The notes beneath the pieces are model-generated. The model worked only from the letters and a program-made list of their open reading frames with translations. It made no database searches and had not been told where the DNA came from. A program made the position numbers and the translations under genes. From positions 1-32,836 of the forward strand of contig JAYTYG010000296.1 of assembly GCA_043742585.1 (NCBI GenBank): a stretch of DNA of 32,836 bases, given 5' to 3'. Of this stretch, positions 1-8,795 are shown piece after piece. Numbering within the stretch: the first letter of the stretch is position 1; every line of letters begins with the position of its first letter. This DNA is from Spartobacteria bacterium. Its GTDB lineage: Bacteria > Verrucomicrobiota > Verrucomicrobiia > Chthoniobacterales > Chthoniobacteraceae.

Positions 1-131
1 AAAAACTTCAGAATTTGGTAGCTCGTGGGATGGTGAAAAAGGAACTCAAGAAATACAAGGGCATACCCAAGCAGCTTGCGACGTTGCAGACCACGCCTCC
101 ACCGGCCCCGGCGCCAGCGGCTGTGGTGTAG
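1..131 (+). CDS. 3' end of an unidentified CDS entering from upstream of the window (partial)
   Basis: The frame starting at position 3 is open to TAG at 129-131 (..KLQNLVARGMVKKELKKYKGIPKQLATLQTTPPPAPAPAAVV*). It is too short to identify and is absent from the ORF track (<60 aa). Confidence 0.3.
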   Translation, partial: KLQNLVARGMVKKELKKYKGIPKQLATLQTTPPPAPAPAAVV

Positions 132-149
132 AGAGTTTGGAGCAAATGG

Positions 150-542
150 TTGATTGATATTTCGGGAACGATGCAAGACTACCTACCGATTCTTCTTCAG
201 GTGATCGTGGCGGTGCTATTCGCCGCTTCGGCGTTGATCATCAGCATGGTGCTGGGGAAAGCTGCCCGCAGCAATCCCACCAAGGATTCAGCTTACGAGT
301 GCGGGATGTTGCCAATAGGCAATGCGCAGCCGCGCTTCAGTGTGAAGTTCTACTTGGTGGCGATGCTCTTTATCCTTTTCGATATCGAGATCGTTTTCAT
401 GTATCCTTGGGCCGTGGTCTATCGCGATTTTCTGGTCCAACATGGTCCCAGTATCTTTTGGAGCATGCTGAGTTTCGTGGCGATCCTGACCGTAGGCTAT
501 GTCTACGCGATCAAAAAGGGCGCCTTGGAGTGGAATAAGTAG
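150..542 (+). CDS. nuoA: NADH-quinone oxidoreductase subunit A (NuoA/ND3 family)
   Basis: 130-aa ORF with three hydrophobic segments and the NuoA/ND3-like region YECG..P.G.A..RFSVKFYLVAMLFILFDIEIVFMYPW. TTG at 150 has GGAG about 8 nt upstream. The in-frame ATG at 171 (MQDYLPILL..) is an equally plausible start. Confidence 0.9.
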   Translation: MIDISGTMQDYLPILLQVIVAVLFAASALIISMVLGKAARSNPTKDSAYECGMLPIGNAQPRFSVKFYLVAMLFILFDIEIVFMYPWAVVYRDFLVQHGPSIFWSMLSFVAILTVGYVYAIKKGALEWNK

Positions 543-563
543 GCGCCGCACTGAGATTGATTT

Positions 564-607
564 TGAGCGGTCTGTTCCGGGCACCGGAGCGGGCCGCTCA
601 TTTTTTT
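564..607 (+). terminator. intrinsic terminator after nuoA
   Basis: Imperfect GC-rich hairpin TGAGCGG..(TTCCGG GCA CCGGAG)..CCGCTCA at 564-600, followed by T7 at 601-607. Confidence 0.8.
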
Positions 608-686
608 GAGGGGAATTAAATAAGCGGGGAAGGCATAACTCTTACGATTTCTTCGGCGGACATTTTACAAATTCATCTAATAGGCA

Positions 687-1004
687 ATGGTTTATCATCT
701 CATGCTTTTTAAGCTAAAGCCGGAAGTCACTCCGGCAAAACACGAGCAGATCATGATGACCACTCGCATGAGTCTGCTGAAGATCCCCGAGGTGTTGAGC
801 GTCAAGTGCGGTAAATCGATCGATCCCAAGTCCGGTTGGCCTTTTTTTATCGCCCTCGAGTTTGAGTCCATGGACAAGCTCTCGATGGTTGAGGATGACG
901 CGATTTACATGAAGTTTGCCGCCGACGTGATTGAGCTGTATTCGAGCGAACGGTTGGTTCTCAACTACGAGATGGAGCCGGGGAAGAGTGTCAAATACTC
1001 TTAG
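687..1004 (+). CDS. Dabb (stress-responsive alpha/beta-barrel) domain protein
   Basis: 105-aa ORF. The start MVYHLMLFKLKPEVT.. and the overall about 100-aa ferredoxin-like pattern are typical of the Dabb family. Recognised from memory, not searched. Confidence 0.7.
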   Translation: MVYHLMLFKLKPEVTPAKHEQIMMTTRMSLLKIPEVLSVKCGKSIDPKSGWPFFIALEFESMDKLSMVEDDAIYMKFAADVIELYSSERLVLNYEMEPGKSVKYS

Positions 1005-1022
1005 AACGCCTGACTTAACGCC

Positions 1023-1127
1023 AAGACGCAAAGACGCAAAGACGCCGAGGATGGGCCGAAAGTGGCTTGCCTGCTGCGGTTGCAAACAAATCGTATCCAG
1101 TCCTCGCTTTACTCCGCGGCTCCGCGT
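1023..1127. repeat. tandem octamers in the convergent Dabb/glgA spacer
   Basis: AAGACGCA AAGACGCA AAGACGCC at 1023-1046, preceded by TTAACGCC. CTCCGCGG CTCCGCGT at 1112-1127. Confidence 0.8.
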
Positions 1128-1140
1128 GAGAGCGGTTATT

Positions 1141-2592
1141 TTAGACGCTCGTAATGCTCTTGAGGCTGAGCGCGCGCTCGTAGACGGCTTCGTAGCTTTG
1201 GGCCGTCTTAGCCCAGGAAAAATCCAAGGCCATGGCGCGCTGCATGAGCCGTTTCCAGGCGCTCTTGTCTTGGAAAAGCAGCTTGGCTCGCGTGATCGAG
1301 TCCAGGAGCGCTTCCGGCTGATAATCGAAAAACAGAAAGCCAGTGCCGGATTCGCGGCTCGGCTCATAATCCTGGATAATCTGGTGCAGGCCGCCGGTGG
1401 CCCTGGCGATGGGAATGGCTCCGTATTTTTGCGAATACATGGCGGTTAACCCGGCGGGTTCGAAATGAGAGGGGATCAGGCTCACGTCGGCGCCGGCTTC
1501 GATCCGATGCGCCAGACCCAGGTCGGCGGTCTTGAGAAATGCGAAGTTTTTCGGGTGCCGTTTGCTGGCGATCAGGAGTTCGCGTTCGTAGCCGGTATCG
1601 CCTTCGCCGAGGATAATCAGGCGCACGTCGTCGGCCAGCAGTCGGTCGAGGATCGGCAAAAGCAGGTCGATGCCCTTTTGTTCCGCCAGGCGTGACACCA
1701 TGGCAAACACGGGGCCGCGAGGGCTCGGTGCAAGGCCCAGCGCGGCGAGCAGCGCGGCGCGGCAAAGCGCTTTGCCCTCGGGCGCCGCGGCGCTAAAGTG
1801 GTCGTTCAGGAAGGGATCCCGCGCAGGATCCCAATCCGGGGAATCCGCCCCGTTCAGAATTCCGGTGAGCTGGGATGCGCGTTGTTTTACGACGTATTCC
1901 AGGGCGCAACCAAATTCCGGGCTTTGCATTTCCCGGGCGTAACGCTCGCTGACGGTTGTCAGCTCGTCGGCGTGGAGGATGCCGCCTTTGAGGAGGTTGA
2001 GGTTTCCGTAAAATTCGACGCCTTCCTCGGTGAAATAGCTGCCTGGGAGATTGGTGAGTCCGAAGTCGAGTCCCCAGAAGCTGCCTTGGTAGGCGAGGTT
2101 GTGGATGGTGAGCACGGTTTTTAAAGGCAGCCCCCATTCTTTTGCCAGCACCGGCACCAGGGCTGTCTGCCAATCGTGGACGTGCAGGATTTCGGGAGAG
2201 GGGACCACGCGGCGGGCCAGCTCGACAACGGCTTTGGAGAAGAAGATGAAGCGCTCGGCGTTGTCGCCGTAGTCGCGGCCGTCGGCGCCATAAATCGCCG
2301 AGCGATCGAAATATTCATCGCGTCGGATCAGGAAGATCTGCACGCCGTTGGGCGCCTCGCCGACTAGGATTTCGGCGTCCAGCCGTTTAGCGCCCACCTG
2401 CACGGTGAGTTGGACGCCCGTGCTGCGGATGGCCAGGCGCGGATCTTCCTGAAGTCCGCGGTAGCACGGCAGCACCACGCTGACGTCGTGCCCGCGTTGG
2501 GCCAAAGCAGATGGGAGCGCCTCGAGCACGTCGCCCAGACCGCCGGTGCGCACAAATGGGGTTAATTCACTGCTGGCGAAGAGGATTTTCAT
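1141..2592 (-). CDS. glgA: glycogen synthase (ADP-glucose type, GT5)
   Basis: N-terminus MKILFASSELTPFVRTGGLGDVLEALP is the classic GlgA KxGGL-type motif region, with full-length similarity in pattern. I prefer ATG at 2592 over the track start at 2634. Confidence 0.92.
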   Translation of the reverse strand: MKILFASSELTPFVRTGGLGDVLEALPSALAQRGHDVSVVLPCYRGLQEDPRLAIRSTGVQLTVQVGAKRLDAEILVGEAPNGVQIFLIRRDEYFDRSAIYGADGRDYGDNAERFIFFSKAVVELARRVVPSPEILHVHDWQTALVPVLAKEWGLPLKTVLTIHNLAYQGSFWGLDFGLTNLPGSYFTEEGVEFYGNLNLLKGGILHADELTTVSERYAREMQSPEFGCALEYVVKQRASQLTGILNGADSPDWDPARDPFLNDHFSAAAPEGKALCRAALLAALGLAPSPRGPVFAMVSRLAEQKGIDLLLPILDRLLADDVRLIILGEGDTGYERELLIASKRHPKNFAFLKTADLGLAHRIEAGADVSLIPSHFEPAGLTAMYSQKYGAIPIARATGGLHQIIQDYEPSRESGTGFLFFDYQPEALLDSITRAKLLFQDKSAWKRLMQRAMALDFSWAKTAQSYEAVYERALSLKSITSV

Positions 2593-2729
2593 CGGGCTGC
2601 AAATTGCCGCCTCAGCGGCGCAGAGAGAAAGCATAAAAGTGAGTATCCAAACTCAGCTACTTTCCTCTTTTCAGATCGGGTTCGGTTGCTACATTTCACC
2701 GCCTTGACCTTTGGCCACGTGCACAACGA

Positions 2730-3200
2730 ATGACTCTCGGTAACTTACTTTCAGTCGATCAAATCATACCCGAGATGAAAGCGACCGAGAGATGGTCCGC
2801 CATCGTCGAGCTTGTCGACCTTCTCGTTGAACGCAGCCAGATCCAGCTCGCGGATCGTGAAGTGGTGCTCGGCGCCCTCCGCCAGCGCGAGGAAACCATG
2901 AGCACCGGGATCGGGTTCGGCATTGCCATCCCGCACGCTTCTTCCGACCGCGTTTCGCAAGTGGTGGCGGCCTTCGGTCGCTCCAGTCAAGGCATCGAGT
3001 TCGATAGCCTCGATAATGCCCCCGTGCGTTTCATCGTCCTTTTTGTGGTCCCAAAGGATCAGTTCCAGACCCATCTGCGCACTTTGGCGGCCATCGCCAA
3101 ATTCCTCAATGACCGCTCGGTGCGCGAGCGCCTGGGCACGGCGGCTTCGGCGGCGGAGATTCTTGCCATCTTCGAGAACACCGCTCCGCCCAAGGCCTAG
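2730..3200 (+). CDS. PTS EIIA type-2 domain protein (EIIA-Ntr/PtsN-like)
   Basis: 156 aa. It has the active-site style block MSTGIGFGIAIPHA and overall PTS_EIIA_2 architecture. No other PTS genes are adjacent. Confidence 0.8.
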   Translation: MTLGNLLSVDQIIPEMKATERWSAIVELVDLLVERSQIQLADREVVLGALRQREETMSTGIGFGIAIPHASSDRVSQVVAAFGRSSQGIEFDSLDNAPVRFIVLFVVPKDQFQTHLRTLAAIAKFLNDRSVRERLGTAASAAEILAIFENTAPPKA

Positions 3201-3334
3201 CGGGGCTCTTCGAAGTTCTTCCGCCGGGGCACCGCTTCGGCTTTTCCGCGCTGCCGGATTTCCCGCCACGCGGGTGCCTGTCCCTTTCTGATCGTATTAG
3301 AATTTTCCCCGACGCTTTTTTCGGGGGCCTGCCC

Positions 3335-5101
3335 ATGGAAACCATCCAATCGCTCCTCGAATCCAAATTGCGTGTCGCCCTGGGTGACTCAGCCGATTTC
3401 CCGCTCCAGATAACGCCCACTGCAGACGCGCGTTTTGGGGATTATCAGACCAACGTCGCCATGATCCTGGCCAAGCGCTTGCGGGCCAATCCCCGGCAGC
3501 TCGCGCAGCAGATCATTGAGAAACTGGATGTCGCGGAGTTTTCCGACGCGCCGGAGATCGCCGGAGCCGGGTTTATTAATTTCCGATTGAAGCCCGAATT
3601 TCTGGCCCGGCGCTTGACCGAGTTAGTGGCTGATGCCCGGCTGGGCGTGCCGGCGCCGGTGAAATCCCTGAAATTCGTCATCGATTTCAGTTCGCCAAAC
3701 GTGGCCAAACCCATGCACGTGGGCCACATCCGCTCGACGATTTTGGGCGATTCCCTGGCCCGGATTGCCACGTTTATCGGCCATCAAGTGGTGCGCGATA
3801 ATCATATCGGGGATTGGGGCACCCAGTTCGGGATGCTTTTGATCGGGTGGAAAGGTGAGCTCGACGCCGCAGCGCTGGCCACCGATCCGCTCGGCGAGAT
3901 GGAACGCATTTACAAGCTCATCAGTGCCCGCTGCAAAGAAGATCCCGCCACCCTCGAGCGCGCCCGTCACGAGCTGGTGAAGCTGCAGGACGGCGATCCG
4001 GAAAATCTCGCGCTCTGGCACGAGATGATCCGGCTTTCCCAGGTGCAGTTTGACGACATTTACGGGCGGCTGGGGGTCGGATTCGATGTGACATTGGGTG
4101 AGAGCTTTTATAACTCGCGTTTAAAAGGCGTCGTCGCCGATCTGCGCGCCCGCGCCATCGCCTCCGAGAGCGAAGGCGCTTATTGCGTGTTTTCTGATGG
4201 CTCGCTGCCGCCGGAGGAGGATCCGTTTTTGATCAAAGATCAGGCCGGTTGGCGACCTAATCCTGCTTTGGTGCAAAAGAGCGACGGCGCCGCCAACTAC
4301 ACCACCACGGATCTGGCCACGTTGCGGTATCGTTTGGAGACTTGGACGCCGGACATCATTGTCTACGTGACCGATGGGCGGCAGCAGCTCCATTTTCGCC
4401 AGTTTTTCGCCATCTTCCGCCGTTGGCAGCCTGAATTAGCCGGCCAAGTGCGCCTCGCCCATGTGTGGTTTGGCTCGATCCTGGGCGACGACGGCAAACC
4501 CTTTAAGACGCGCAGTGGCGAGACCATCAAGCTCAGTGGTTTGCTCGATGAGGCCCAGGAGCGCGCGCTGAAGATCATGACGGAAAAAAATCCGGACCTG
4601 CCCGAGGCCGAGCGGCGGGAAATCGCGCGGGTGGTGAGTTTGGGGGCGGTCAAGTATGCGGATCTGCTGCCGAATCGGCAGAGCGACTACGTATTTTCCT
4701 GGGACAAGATGTTGAGTCTGCAAGGGAACACCGCGCCCTACTTGTTATACAGCTATGTGCGGATCCGCTCGATCTTCCGCAAGGGGGCATTGGACGCGCC
4801 TGACCCGGCGACGTCCGGCGCGCCGGTGCATTTGAGTGAGGCGGCGGAGTTGGTTCTGGCGAAAAAGCTCTTCCTATTCGGAGAAGTGGTGTCCCAGGTT
4901 TTACAGGATTATCGCCCGAACATCCTGGCGACATATCTTTACGAGTTAGCTTCGTGCTTCCACAGCTTTTTTGAAGCCTGCCCCGTGCTCAAGGCTGAGC
5001 CTTCGGTCCGTGAAACCCGTTTGGCGCTTTGCGATGCCACCTCGCGGATCTTGCAGTGCGGCCTGGAGCTCCTGGGGATCGCCGTGCCGGAGCGAATGTA
5101 G
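3335..5101 (+). CDS. argS: arginine--tRNA ligase
   Basis: 588 aa. It has the class I HIGH-type motif (PNVAKPMHVGHIRS), an anticodon-binding C-terminal domain, and the characteristic C-terminal ..PERM* ending. Confidence 0.95.
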   Translation: METIQSLLESKLRVALGDSADFPLQITPTADARFGDYQTNVAMILAKRLRANPRQLAQQIIEKLDVAEFSDAPEIAGAGFINFRLKPEFLARRLTELVADARLGVPAPVKSLKFVIDFSSPNVAKPMHVGHIRSTILGDSLARIATFIGHQVVRDNHIGDWGTQFGMLLIGWKGELDAAALATDPLGEMERIYKLISARCKEDPATLERARHELVKLQDGDPENLALWHEMIRLSQVQFDDIYGRLGVGFDVTLGESFYNSRLKGVVADLRARAIASESEGAYCVFSDGSLPPEEDPFLIKDQAGWRPNPALVQKSDGAANYTTTDLATLRYRLETWTPDIIVYVTDGRQQLHFRQFFAIFRRWQPELAGQVRLAHVWFGSILGDDGKPFKTRSGETIKLSGLLDEAQERALKIMTEKNPDLPEAERREIARVVSLGAVKYADLLPNRQSDYVFSWDKMLSLQGNTAPYLLYSYVRIRSIFRKGALDAPDPATSGAPVHLSEAAELVLAKKLFLFGEVVSQVLQDYRPNILATYLYELASCFHSFFEACPVLKAEPSVRETRLALCDATSRILQCGLELLGIAVPERM

Positions 5102-5143
5102 GCGCAGCTCGCGGAGGCCATGGGGGATCGCCGTGCCGGAGCG
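5074..5143 (+). repeat. 21-nt perfect direct repeat spanning the argS stop
   Basis: GGGGATCGCCGTGCCGGAGCG occurs at 5074-5094 (the codons G-I-A-V-P-E-R of argS) and again at 5123-5143, 49 nt downstream and in a different frame. Confidence 0.9.
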
Positions 5144-5219
5144 CGCCGAGTTGTCTGTGATTCGGCTAAAATTGGCCAAACTCCAGACGCGGAAAGCGAC
5201 GGGGTGTCGCTGCCACCAT

Positions 5220-5828
5220 TTACTGCGTGAGATAGGGATTGGTTTGCCGCTCGATCCCGATCTTCGTGGCTGGGCCGTGTCCGGGCAACACCGTGACATC
5301 ATCGCCCAGTGGCAGAAGTTTGGTGTGAATCCCGTGGAGCAGCAGATCGCGATCGCCTCCGGGGAGATCCCAGCGGCCCACGCCCCCGGCGAAAAGAACG
5401 TCCCCACCAAAAAGCAGGCGGGACTCCTTGGCTAAAAAGCAGAGGCTGCCCGGGCAATGGCCTGGGACGTCGAAGACCTGGAAATCGATGCCTTGGAGGA
5501 AAACGGAGGCGGTTTCCTCGATGAAGAAATCGGCTTTGACGGGTTCGATTTCCCAGCCGAAGCCCATGCGCTTGAAGAAAAGTGGATCGAGCAGCATCTG
5601 CGCGCTGTCGGCATGGTAACCGACCTGGCAGCCATGTTCGCGCTGGATCCGTGCGGCATCGACCACGTGATCAATGTGGCCATGGGTCAGGAGCAGAAGC
5701 TTCACCTGATGCCCGCTTTTCTTGAGCCACTCGGCAGCGTCCTGAGGCGCATCCACCAAAATACCCGAGGCGCTATTGAAAAAGCAGTTCGTGTCGAAAA
5801 TACCGCCGGTGAAAGTATCTAGTTGCAT
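5220..5828 (-). CDS. MBL-fold metallo-hydrolase (glyoxalase II-like)
   Basis: 202 aa with the THGHIDH metal-binding motif (LLLTHGHIDHV) and later conserved His/Asp positions (PGHCPGS). Confidence 0.85.
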   Translation of the reverse strand: MQLDTFTGGIFDTNCFFNSASGILVDAPQDAAEWLKKSGHQVKLLLLTHGHIDHVVDAARIQREHGCQVGYHADSAQMLLDPLFFKRMGFGWEIEPVKADFFIEETASVFLQGIDFQVFDVPGHCPGSLCFLAKESRLLFGGDVLFAGGVGRWDLPGGDRDLLLHGIHTKLLPLGDDVTVLPGHGPATKIGIERQTNPYLTQ

Positions 5829-6023
5829 GGCAAAGCCTTAAACTGAGGAAATCGCTGTAGATTCGCAAGGTCGCGCGTCGGGGTTTTCCTGCGAATGGCC
5901 GGGGCTGGGGAATACGGCGAGGAAAGGCATTTTGGGCTGGGCGGAAGTGGTTGGTAAGTCGCCTTTGATCTTTGAACAAAAGCTGCCAGCTTATTGTCTG
6001 GTCACGAAAGCTCTCTACCTTTG

Positions 6024-8204
6024 ATGAAACTCCCTCGCTATCTTCTCCGTTCGTTCACCGCTCTTTTACTGATTCCGGTGGCGGCTTGCGTCGCGGAAGA
6101 GCGCGACCCTGGGCAAATTGAAATTTCGGTGGGGCGCCTGCTGGAGCAGGGCCACTACAGCCGAAAGAAACTCGACGACAAGATGTCGCAGTTGCTGCTC
6201 AAAAACTATCTCGACGGGCTCGACTATAATCATCTTTTCTTTACCCAGAAAGACGTGGACGCGTTTACCACCAAATATTCGCTGACTCTCGATGACGATA
6301 TTTTGCTGGGAAATCCGGACCCGGCTTTTGCGATCTACGATCTTTACAAAAAGCGCGTGGAAGATCGCGTGGTCAAGGTCAAGGAGCTGCTCAAGAACAA
6401 CTACGAATTTACCGCCGATCGCAGCGTGGAGACCAACCGGCAGAAGGCGGCCTGGCCCAAGGACAGCGCGGATGCGGACACGATCTGGGAGGGGCGCGTG
6501 GAGGCGGAGATGCTCCAGGAAGCCCTCAACAAGCATAAGGTCGATCCCGCGCTCAAAGTTCTGAGCCGCCGCTACGATCAATTGCTACGGAGCCTTCATG
6601 AGCAGACCAAGGAGGACGTCATCAAGATCTTCCTCACCACCCTGGCGCTGACCTACGATCCGCATAGCGAATACATGAGCCGCTCGGAGTTGGAGAACTT
6701 TTCAATCAACATGCGGCTTTCCCTCGTGGGAATCGGCGCCGTGCTGCGTTCCGACGAAGGCTACACGAAAATCATGGAGATGGTGATCGGCGGGCCCGCC
6801 AATAAAGATGGGCGTCTGAGAGTCGGGGATCGCGTCTCGGCAGTGGCTCAGGGCGATGAGGCATTCGTGGATACGGTGGATATGAAGCTCGATAAAGTCG
6901 TCGAGATGATCCGCGGCAAAAAAGACACGATCGTCCGCTTGCAGGTCATTCCGGTGAGCGCCGTGGATCCGTCGGATCGCAAGATCATCGAAATCAAACG
7001 GGACGAGATCAAGCTCAAGGAGCAGGAAGCCAAGGCGGAAGTCATCGAGCGGGTGCAGGCCGACGGGAGCATCCAGAAATTGGGTTGGATCACGCTGCCT
7101 TCCTTCTACGCGGACATGGACCACAGCGGCGCTGCGGGAGCCAAGAGCACGACCAAAGACGTGCTGGCGCTCCTAAACCGGCTCAAGCAGGAAGGCATCG
7201 TGGGATTGATCATGGATCTGCGCCGCAACGGCGGTGGCTCGCTGGAGGAAGCGGTAAATCTGACGGGGCTCTTCATTAAAAAAGGCCCAGTTGTGCAGTC
7301 CAAGGATAGCAATGGCAGCCTGCACGTTTCCAAGGATCGCGATCCCTCGGTGTCTTACGAAGGACCCATGTTGGTCCTCACCAATCGGTTAAGCGCCTCG
7401 GCAAGTGAGATTTTCGCAGCCGCTTTGCAGGATTATAATCGGGCGCTCATCGTCGGCGATTCCAGCACTTTCGGTAAAGGCACGGTTCAGACCATGCTCG
7501 AAATTGGCCGGGTAATGCCATTTCTGGGAGGCGGGACAAATGATGCTGGTGCGTTAAAGCTAACAATTCAGAAGTTTTATCGCGTCGCTGGCGGCTCCAC
7601 CCAGCTCAAGGGCGTCGAAACCGATGTGAAGTTGCCTTCTCTGTATGACCAGGCTCAGATCGGCGAGGTCGCCCTTAAAGGGCCGCTCCCATACGATACG
7701 GTGGACCCTGTGCCATTTGATAAGCTGGAGAAGTCGCTGTTTAAACTCGAGTTGCGCCAGCGCTCAGCGGCCCGGGTCGCGGTGGATCCGGAGTTCCGTT
7801 ACATCAACGAGGACCTGGATTTGATCAAGACCCGGCTCGCGGAGAACAAGCTATCACTCAACATCGAGAAGCGGCGTGCTGAGATCAACGAGGAGAAGGA
7901 GCGCAAAGAGAAGCGTATCGCTGAGCGTTCCAAGCGGACTTTGGTCGAGCCGAAATGTTTTGCGGTGACTCTTGATACTGTCAATAAGCCTGAGCTTCAG
8001 CTCGTCACCAATGAGAAGAAGAAGGAGTCCAAGGTGGAAAAAGCCGTGGATCCAGATGATCTCGAAGAGGATGCCGCAGCCGAGGCTGATAAATTGCCGG
8101 TGGATGCGGTGCGCAACGAGGGCCTGCAAATCCTTTCGGATTTGGTGGAGTTATCTCGCGGAGTCAAAGTGCCTACCACCGCCAGCACGCAATCCGGGCG
8201 ATAA
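6024..8204 (+). CDS. prc: tail-specific / carboxy-terminal processing protease (peptidase S41, PDZ-containing)
   Basis: Signal peptide MKLPRYLLRSFTALLLIPVAACVA, a Prc-type N-terminal helical region, a PDZ-like segment, an S41 core (..NGGGSLEEAV.., ..SASASEIFAAALQDY..GTVQT) and a Lys/Glu-rich C-terminal tail. ATG at 6024 is preferred over TTG at 5994. Confidence 0.88.
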   Translation: MKLPRYLLRSFTALLLIPVAACVAEERDPGQIEISVGRLLEQGHYSRKKLDDKMSQLLLKNYLDGLDYNHLFFTQKDVDAFTTKYSLTLDDDILLGNPDPAFAIYDLYKKRVEDRVVKVKELLKNNYEFTADRSVETNRQKAAWPKDSADADTIWEGRVEAEMLQEALNKHKVDPALKVLSRRYDQLLRSLHEQTKEDVIKIFLTTLALTYDPHSEYMSRSELENFSINMRLSLVGIGAVLRSDEGYTKIMEMVIGGPANKDGRLRVGDRVSAVAQGDEAFVDTVDMKLDKVVEMIRGKKDTIVRLQVIPVSAVDPSDRKIIEIKRDEIKLKEQEAKAEVIERVQADGSIQKLGWITLPSFYADMDHSGAAGAKSTTKDVLALLNRLKQEGIVGLIMDLRRNGGGSLEEAVNLTGLFIKKGPVVQSKDSNGSLHVSKDRDPSVSYEGPMLVLTNRLSASASEIFAAALQDYNRALIVGDSSTFGKGTVQTMLEIGRVMPFLGGGTNDAGALKLTIQKFYRVAGGSTQLKGVETDVKLPSLYDQAQIGEVALKGPLPYDTVDPVPFDKLEKSLFKLELRQRSAARVAVDPEFRYINEDLDLIKTRLAENKLSLNIEKRRAEINEEKERKEKRIAERSKRTLVEPKCFAVTLDTVNKPELQLVTNEKKKESKVEKAVDPDDLEEDAAAEADKLPVDAVRNEGLQILSDLVELSRGVKVPTTASTQSGR

Positions 8205-8298
8205 AGAACCGCCTCAAAAGCACTGGGGAAGATCAATTATACTCCGCGCGGTAAGAATGGCACATTTCGCTGGATCGTGGAGCTTGCGAAACTCCAGT

Positions 8299-8313
8299 TA
8301 CGCCGGAGGCGTA
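8299..8313. repeat. TACGCC-GGA-GGCGTA hairpin motif (copy 1 of a recurring motif)
   Basis: Perfect 6-bp stem with a 3-nt loop. Related copies are at 8419-8431 (ACGCC AAC GGCGT), 9001-9015 (degenerate), 9146-9158 and 15677-15689 (ACGCC TCC GGCGT). Confidence 0.8.
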
Positions 8314-8373
8314 GTAAGCTAATAGCCGGTGGTGGAGGCTTTGCGACCCCACCGGTAAGACCGCACGAAATTG

Positions 8374-8406
8374 CCCGTGCGCCCCGGCCGGTGTAATGGC
8401 GCTTAG
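8374..8406. repeat. left arm of about 31-nt inverted repeat
   Basis: CCCGTGCGCCCCGGCCGGTGTAATGGCGCTTAG matches the reverse complement of 8921-8951 with 2 mismatches and 1 indel. Confidence 0.85.
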
Positions 8407-8613
8407 TTAGTGCCCTCTACGCCAACGGCGTTACGCAAATCAATCCCAGCGTTGCGGCTTTGCGCTACCCTGGGAACCTATGCCATACAAGGTTCAACCC
8501 CGAAGTCGGTTGCGCAGTCTTTCTCAGGAGAAGCGATAAATGCCATTGCCTAGGCTTAACCAATTCTACTTTGTTGCGTTTGTAAATATTCGGTGATCGC
8601 ATCTCAATTCTTG

Positions 8614-8676
8614 AGGATTTAACGCAAGACCCAGAGCTGCCGAGGTTCAGAAGGGCCGGATGGTGAGCTTGCCGGT
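8614..8676 (+). repeat. direct repeat copy A (AGGATTTAACGCA..TTCAGAAGGGCCGGAT..GCCGGT)
   Basis: Shares identical blocks of 13 nt (AGGATTTAACGCA) and 16 nt (TTCAGAAGGGCCGGAT), plus CAGAG and GCCGGT, with copy B. Confidence 0.85.
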
Positions 8677-8747
8677 TTACTGCGGTCAGTGGCGGTGATT
8701 TGCGTTGGGAAGTTTACCGAGGGATCGCAGTTCCGCCTGTCTTTATT

Positions 8748-8795
8748 CTCTGCGCCTCCGCGCCTCCGCGTTACAGGATTTAACGCAGAGCAGAG
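8748..8795. repeat. CTCTGCG (CCTCCGCG)x2 .. CGCAGAG CAGAG module
   Basis: CTCTGCG at 8748-8754. Tandem CCTCCGCG at 8755-8770. Inverted partner CGCAGAG at 8784-8790. Confidence 0.8.

Noticed and set aside
2593-2634. N-terminal extensions proposed by the ORF track (glgA 2634, prc 5994, 121-aa ORF 11406, lipoprotein 15423, DUF3467 17709, sucB 21509, MqnD-like 28250)
   Set aside because: In each case an internal ATG gives the canonical family N-terminus or signal peptide. The extension is low-complexity, starts at a non-ATG codon, or overlaps the neighbouring gene.
4971-5435. 154-aa + ORF spanning the argS end and the MBL gene antisense, containing the second GIAVPER copy
   Set aside because: It overlaps two well-supported genes and is Arg/Ser-rich. 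The GIAVPER match is explained by the 21-nt DNA duplication, not by a paralogous protein.
8480-8510. tRNA-like T-loop (GGTTCAACCCC)
   Set aside because: No flanking 5-bp T-stem complementarity, no acceptor stem and no anticodon arm could be drawn. I found no tRNA, tmRNA, RNase P, SRP or rRNA signatures anywhere in the window.
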